DNA of 64,000 bases, taken from the sequence record OK335775.1; one strand, 5' to 3'. How positions within the stretch are numbered: position 1 is the first letter of the stretch; each line of letters starts with the position of its first letter. Below the pieces are notes generated by a model, which saw only the letters and a list, made by a program, of their open reading frames with translations, did not search any database and was not told the origin of the DNA. Origin of the DNA: Escherichia phage PSD2002. A program made the position numbers and the translations under genes. This document shows, one piece after another, positions 61,190-64,000 of this stretch.

Positions 61190-62763
61190 TAGAAATCCTC
61201 TTCTTCTTCATCTGGGTTTTGGAAACGAGCCTCTTTAGACTCTTCTTCAATTTGCTTAGCTTCTTGATTAATTTCTTCGTCAGTCATCTGGAGGAAATCT
61301 TTCATAGCCGTTTGATGTGAAATGTACTTACCAATAAATGGTTCGGCCATCGTTAGCATATTGATTCTGCGTTCCATGATTTCAGCATCTTTCATTTCAC
61401 TGAAATAGCTATCACGGTTAAATGTAACTTTAATATTATTTATTTCCTTTTCCCACTCATCTTCTGTAATAATCTTTTTAAGAATGAGGTTTGTTTTTAA
61501 CGGGTCTAGGAAAATTTCTTCAAATTTGTTTTGTAACTGACGAATCCATTTAGCAAATTTCAACTCATCACGAGTGATTGCTGTACCGGCATCAAACATA
61601 ACGCCTGAATTAGATTCACTAGGGATACGTGATTCTGGAATACGCAGTGCACGGTAAAGTGCTGTGCGGAAATAAAGAACGTCATCCATATCACTCATAC
61701 CAGTAGCACCTGGCATTGTATCAACTTCTGTTACCGCTTTACCGTCACGACGTTGCAACCAATAGTCTTCAGTCATGGACATATTGTGTTGTTGGTTTTT
61801 AATTTTACCTGTCGAAGCATCATACACCACACGGTTTTTCATCGTGTTCATGATATGTTGCATTTGTGCTGCAGCCTTACGTGAAGGCATATTACCTGTA
61901 TCGATATAAAACACACGACGGTCAGGAGCACGTGTAATACGGTAGATGACCATTGCGTCTTCCATCAATTTAAGCTGGTTTGCAGGCTTAATAGCACGTT
62001 GCAAATAGCCAATGATGTTTTTACCACAACAATCTAATAATCCTGAATGGGCATAAACCACAGCAGCACGAGGAATTTTAACTTTAGTCCCTGCTGAATA
62101 AATGCGTCCATCTGCGCAATAGCTTTCATGGCCTGTATCATAAACGAAAAACTCGCGATATCCGTCTACAACTTTAACACCATCTTCCATACGTGTAACG
62201 ATTTCACGAATATATTGGACTTGGCGTGGGTCTAAGCGACGAAGCTCTTGTACGCCATCTTTCATTTTTTTAGGGTTTATAATTTTATGAAAGAAAATTC
62301 TTGAGTCTACATACCAGCGTTGGAAATGGTCAGTGCCTTTACGTTGGAAATTTAAAAGGTTTAAAACGTCACTGAATTCGGCCAAGATTTTATCTTTAAT
62401 TGCTTGACTAAATTCTGTCCCGTCTAAATTCAATGCAACTACTTCTTTATCATCCTCGTAGACAATAGCGTCAGACACAATTTCCTGTACGGCGTTGTCG
62501 ACTTCATAGTTGTTCATTAAATTACGGTAGGTATCAATAAGTTCCCTGGTATTTTTAACTTCAGGCTCATTACTACCAAACATCTGTTGCATAAGAGCAT
62601 TATAAGGAATATTTTGCTCTTGTGTCTCAATTTCGCGAGCGCCATCATCAAGCTTAGGTGCGGTGACAGACTCTAAATTGTTATTAATTTGTTGTTTATA
62701 TTCTTTTTCGTCTTCATTAGCCCATGGCTTAAGAAAACTTAATATTGTATTAAAGTTTGCCAT
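61189..62763 (-). CDS. 20: Portal vertex protein gp20
   Basis: 524 aa (T4 524 aa); late promoter and stem-loop in leader. Confidence 0.9.
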   Translation of the reverse strand: MANFNTILSFLKPWANEDEKEYKQQINNNLESVTAPKLDDGAREIETQEQNIPYNALMQQMFGSNEPEVKNTRELIDTYRNLMNNYEVDNAVQEIVSDAIVYEDDKEVVALNLDGTEFSQAIKDKILAEFSDVLNLLNFQRKGTDHFQRWYVDSRIFFHKIINPKKMKDGVQELRRLDPRQVQYIREIVTRMEDGVKVVDGYREFFVYDTGHESYCADGRIYSAGTKVKIPRAAVVYAHSGLLDCCGKNIIGYLQRAIKPANQLKLMEDAMVIYRITRAPDRRVFYIDTGNMPSRKAAAQMQHIMNTMKNRVVYDASTGKIKNQQHNMSMTEDYWLQRRDGKAVTEVDTMPGATGMSDMDDVLYFRTALYRALRIPESRIPSESNSGVMFDAGTAITRDELKFAKWIRQLQNKFEEIFLDPLKTNLILKKIITEDEWEKEINNIKVTFNRDSYFSEMKDAEIMERRINMLTMAEPFIGKYISHQTAMKDFLQMTDEEINQEAKQIEEESKEARFQNPDEEEEDF

Positions 62764-62785
62764 TAGAGTCTCCGATGAATGGGAT

Positions 62786-62803
62786 AAGGAGCCGAAGCTC
62801 CTT
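62786..62803 (-). promoter_or_regulatory. Stem-loop in gene 20 5' leader (between late promoter and RBS)
   Basis: aaggagc-cgaa-gctcctt; on mRNA GGAGC-UUCG-GCUCC tetraloop hairpin. Confidence 0.5.
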
Positions 62804-62811
62804 GATAATTC

Positions 62812-62819
62812 TATTTATA
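62812..62819 (-). promoter_or_regulatory. Late promoter for gene 20
   Basis: Minus-strand TATAAATA about 50 nt upstream of gene 20 ATG. Confidence 0.6.
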
Positions 62820-62820
62820 C

Positions 62821-63312
62821 TCATTCCCACCAATCGATAGCGAACGTAGATTCGAAAGTTTCTACCTCGTTGTTTGAATCCCAATCCATCTGGACTTCAC
62901 CAACGTTAGTAGGCCATAAGCCGTAAATTGTAACTTCTTTGGTCACAGTCTTGCCGTCACGATGGAACTGGCGAACTACTGCTTGTTTCTTATATTCTGC
63001 AGGTGCTGCACCGGTAATTTCATTGGTCATACCATGACAGAGATTCTGCCAATCAACAATTGCCTGACGGGTGTCATGTGCATCATCGTTATAAATGGTA
63101 ATTGTCCAATCATCAAACGTACGGTCACCAGCTACGTTAATTTTACGGTTCATGTAGCCAACCGGTACTTTTTCTACAATGCCTGCCGGCATAGGTGCTG
63201 CTTTACATTTAAAGCTAAAGTTTTTACCAAGAAATGGAATTTCCACTTCGAAAAGGTTAGGGCGTGCAAAGTCACCAGATTCAAAAGCCCTAGTGATATC
63301 GGTAAGTTCCAT
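62821..63312 (-). CDS. 19: Tail tube protein gp19
   Basis: 163 aa (T4 163 aa), position between 18 and 20. Confidence 0.85.
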   Translation of the reverse strand: MELTDITRAFESGDFARPNLFEVEIPFLGKNFSFKCKAAPMPAGIVEKVPVGYMNRKINVAGDRTFDDWTITIYNDDAHDTRQAIVDWQNLCHGMTNEITGAAPAEYKKQAVVRQFHRDGKTVTKEVTIYGLWPTNVGEVQMDWDSNNEVETFESTFAIDWWE

Positions 63313-63330
63313 GGGATGCCTCTTAAGTCA

Positions 63331-63351
63331 GTTCCTGGACACACCAGGAAC
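63331..63351 (-). promoter_or_regulatory. Stem-loop in gene 19 5' leader
   Basis: 8-bp inverted repeat gttcctgg/ccaggaac between late promoter and ATG. Confidence 0.4.
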
Positions 63352-63364
63352 GTTCTGATTAATT

Positions 63365-63372
63365 TATTTATA
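63365..63372 (-). promoter_or_regulatory. Late promoter for gene 19
   Basis: Minus-strand TATAAATA about 53 nt upstream of gene 19 ATG. Confidence 0.6.
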
Positions 63373-63497
63373 ACAGTTGATAAATCATATTCCTAAAGAA
63401 TAATCAATCCCAGGCGCAATTCTACGTGATGTACGCTGTAACCAAACTCATGGTATAATGGTTTTAGGTTCTTTATATTACAGCCTGGGATAATAGA

Positions 63498-64000
63498 TTA
63501 TACTAAAGGTCCAATCAATTCATCAAAATCAGCACCAGTGCTCGTTGCAACGAAGTTCAACGTGATATAATTTATCGATCTCGCCGGCTTGATGTATATA
63601 TTAGCAATAAACTCGTTACGGTCAATAACCGCAGGGGTGTTCACTGTAGTATCACAAACCACACGTCCTTCATAAATCCCACCAAGTGCCTTAATACCAT
63701 CTAAATACTGAGAAACTTCCATACGGAAGCTTGAACGAGTGAAGTTGTCGTTCAATTCAAACAGCTTATATTTAGAGGCATCACCGATATTTTTCTTAAG
63801 CATGTTGAACAGACGGCGAACGTTAATGTGGTCCATCGGAGATGGAACTTTAGTTGCAGTCTTATCACCAAACAATACGAAACCATCACCACCAGCAAAA
63901 CCAACAACTGGGTTAATAGCTTCCTGGTACATGCGGTCACGTTGTGCTTGACGTGGTTCAATTGCCAATTTCAGAACGTTAAGAATCTGGCCACGGTTAT
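63498..64000 (-). CDS. 18: Tail sheath protein gp18, C-terminal part (gene continues beyond window end)
   Basis: ORF open to the window edge; C-terminal sequence (INVRRLF, PAVIDRNEF, KPARSINYI) sheath-like; position upstream of gene 19. Confidence 0.8.
   Translation of the reverse strand, partial: NRGQILNVLKLAIEPRQAQRDRMYQEAINPVVGFAGGDGFVLFGDKTATKVPSPMDHINVRRLFNMLKKNIGDASKYKLFELNDNFTRSSFRMEVSQYLDGIKALGGIYEGRVVCDTTVNTPAVIDRNEFIANIYIKPARSINYITLNFVATSTGADFDELIGPLV

Noticed and set aside
60942-61238. 98-aa Ser-rich plus-strand ORF
   Set aside because: Antisense to the acidic GAx/GAT codon repeats of gene 67; frame artefact.

Overview
This window reads as a contiguous segment of a T-even (T4/T2-like, Tevenvirinae) myovirus genome, with gene order closely matching phage T4. 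All assignments come from reading the supplied ORF translations and the DNA against recalled T4 protein families and promoter consensus sequences; nothing was database-checked. Minus strand, 1-10.3 kb: holin t (partial), T2-type gp38 adhesin and long-tail-fibre genes 37-36-35-34. Plus strand, 10.4-40.9 kb, the early/middle block: rnh, dsbA, 33, 59, a GIY-YIG Seg-like endonuclease, 32, small frd-region ORFs, frd, intron-less td, nrdA, intron-less nrdB, denA, RNA ligase 1, alc, an i-/o-spanin pair, pseT, small cd-region ORFs, cd, 31, rIII, a hyperplastic block of small early ORFs with a NADAR-like and a HAD-like gene, DNA ligase, and three tandem Alt-like ADP-ribosyltransferase paralogs. Then baseplate hub genes 54-48-29-28-27-51 (minus), 26-25-uvsY (plus), uvsW.1-like, an HNH homing endonuclease and uvsW (minus), inh-hoc and rnlB (plus), two tandem gene-24 paralogs, and head/tail genes 23-22-21-68-67-20-19-18 (minus). 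Regulatory signals include T4-type late promoters (TATAAATA), early promoters (GTTTAC-17-TAtAAT) often inside inverted repeats (PeSL-like cassettes), MotA-box middle promoters and GC-rich tetraloop terminators. The most notable candidates for novelty are the triple Alt-like ADP-ribosyltransferase array next to a NADAR/HAD pair, the duplicated vertex gene 24, the two free-standing homing endonucleases that start with TTG overlapping the upstream stop, and the repeated promoter cassettes flanking small early ORFs. No tRNA, rRNA or CRISPR array was recognised.
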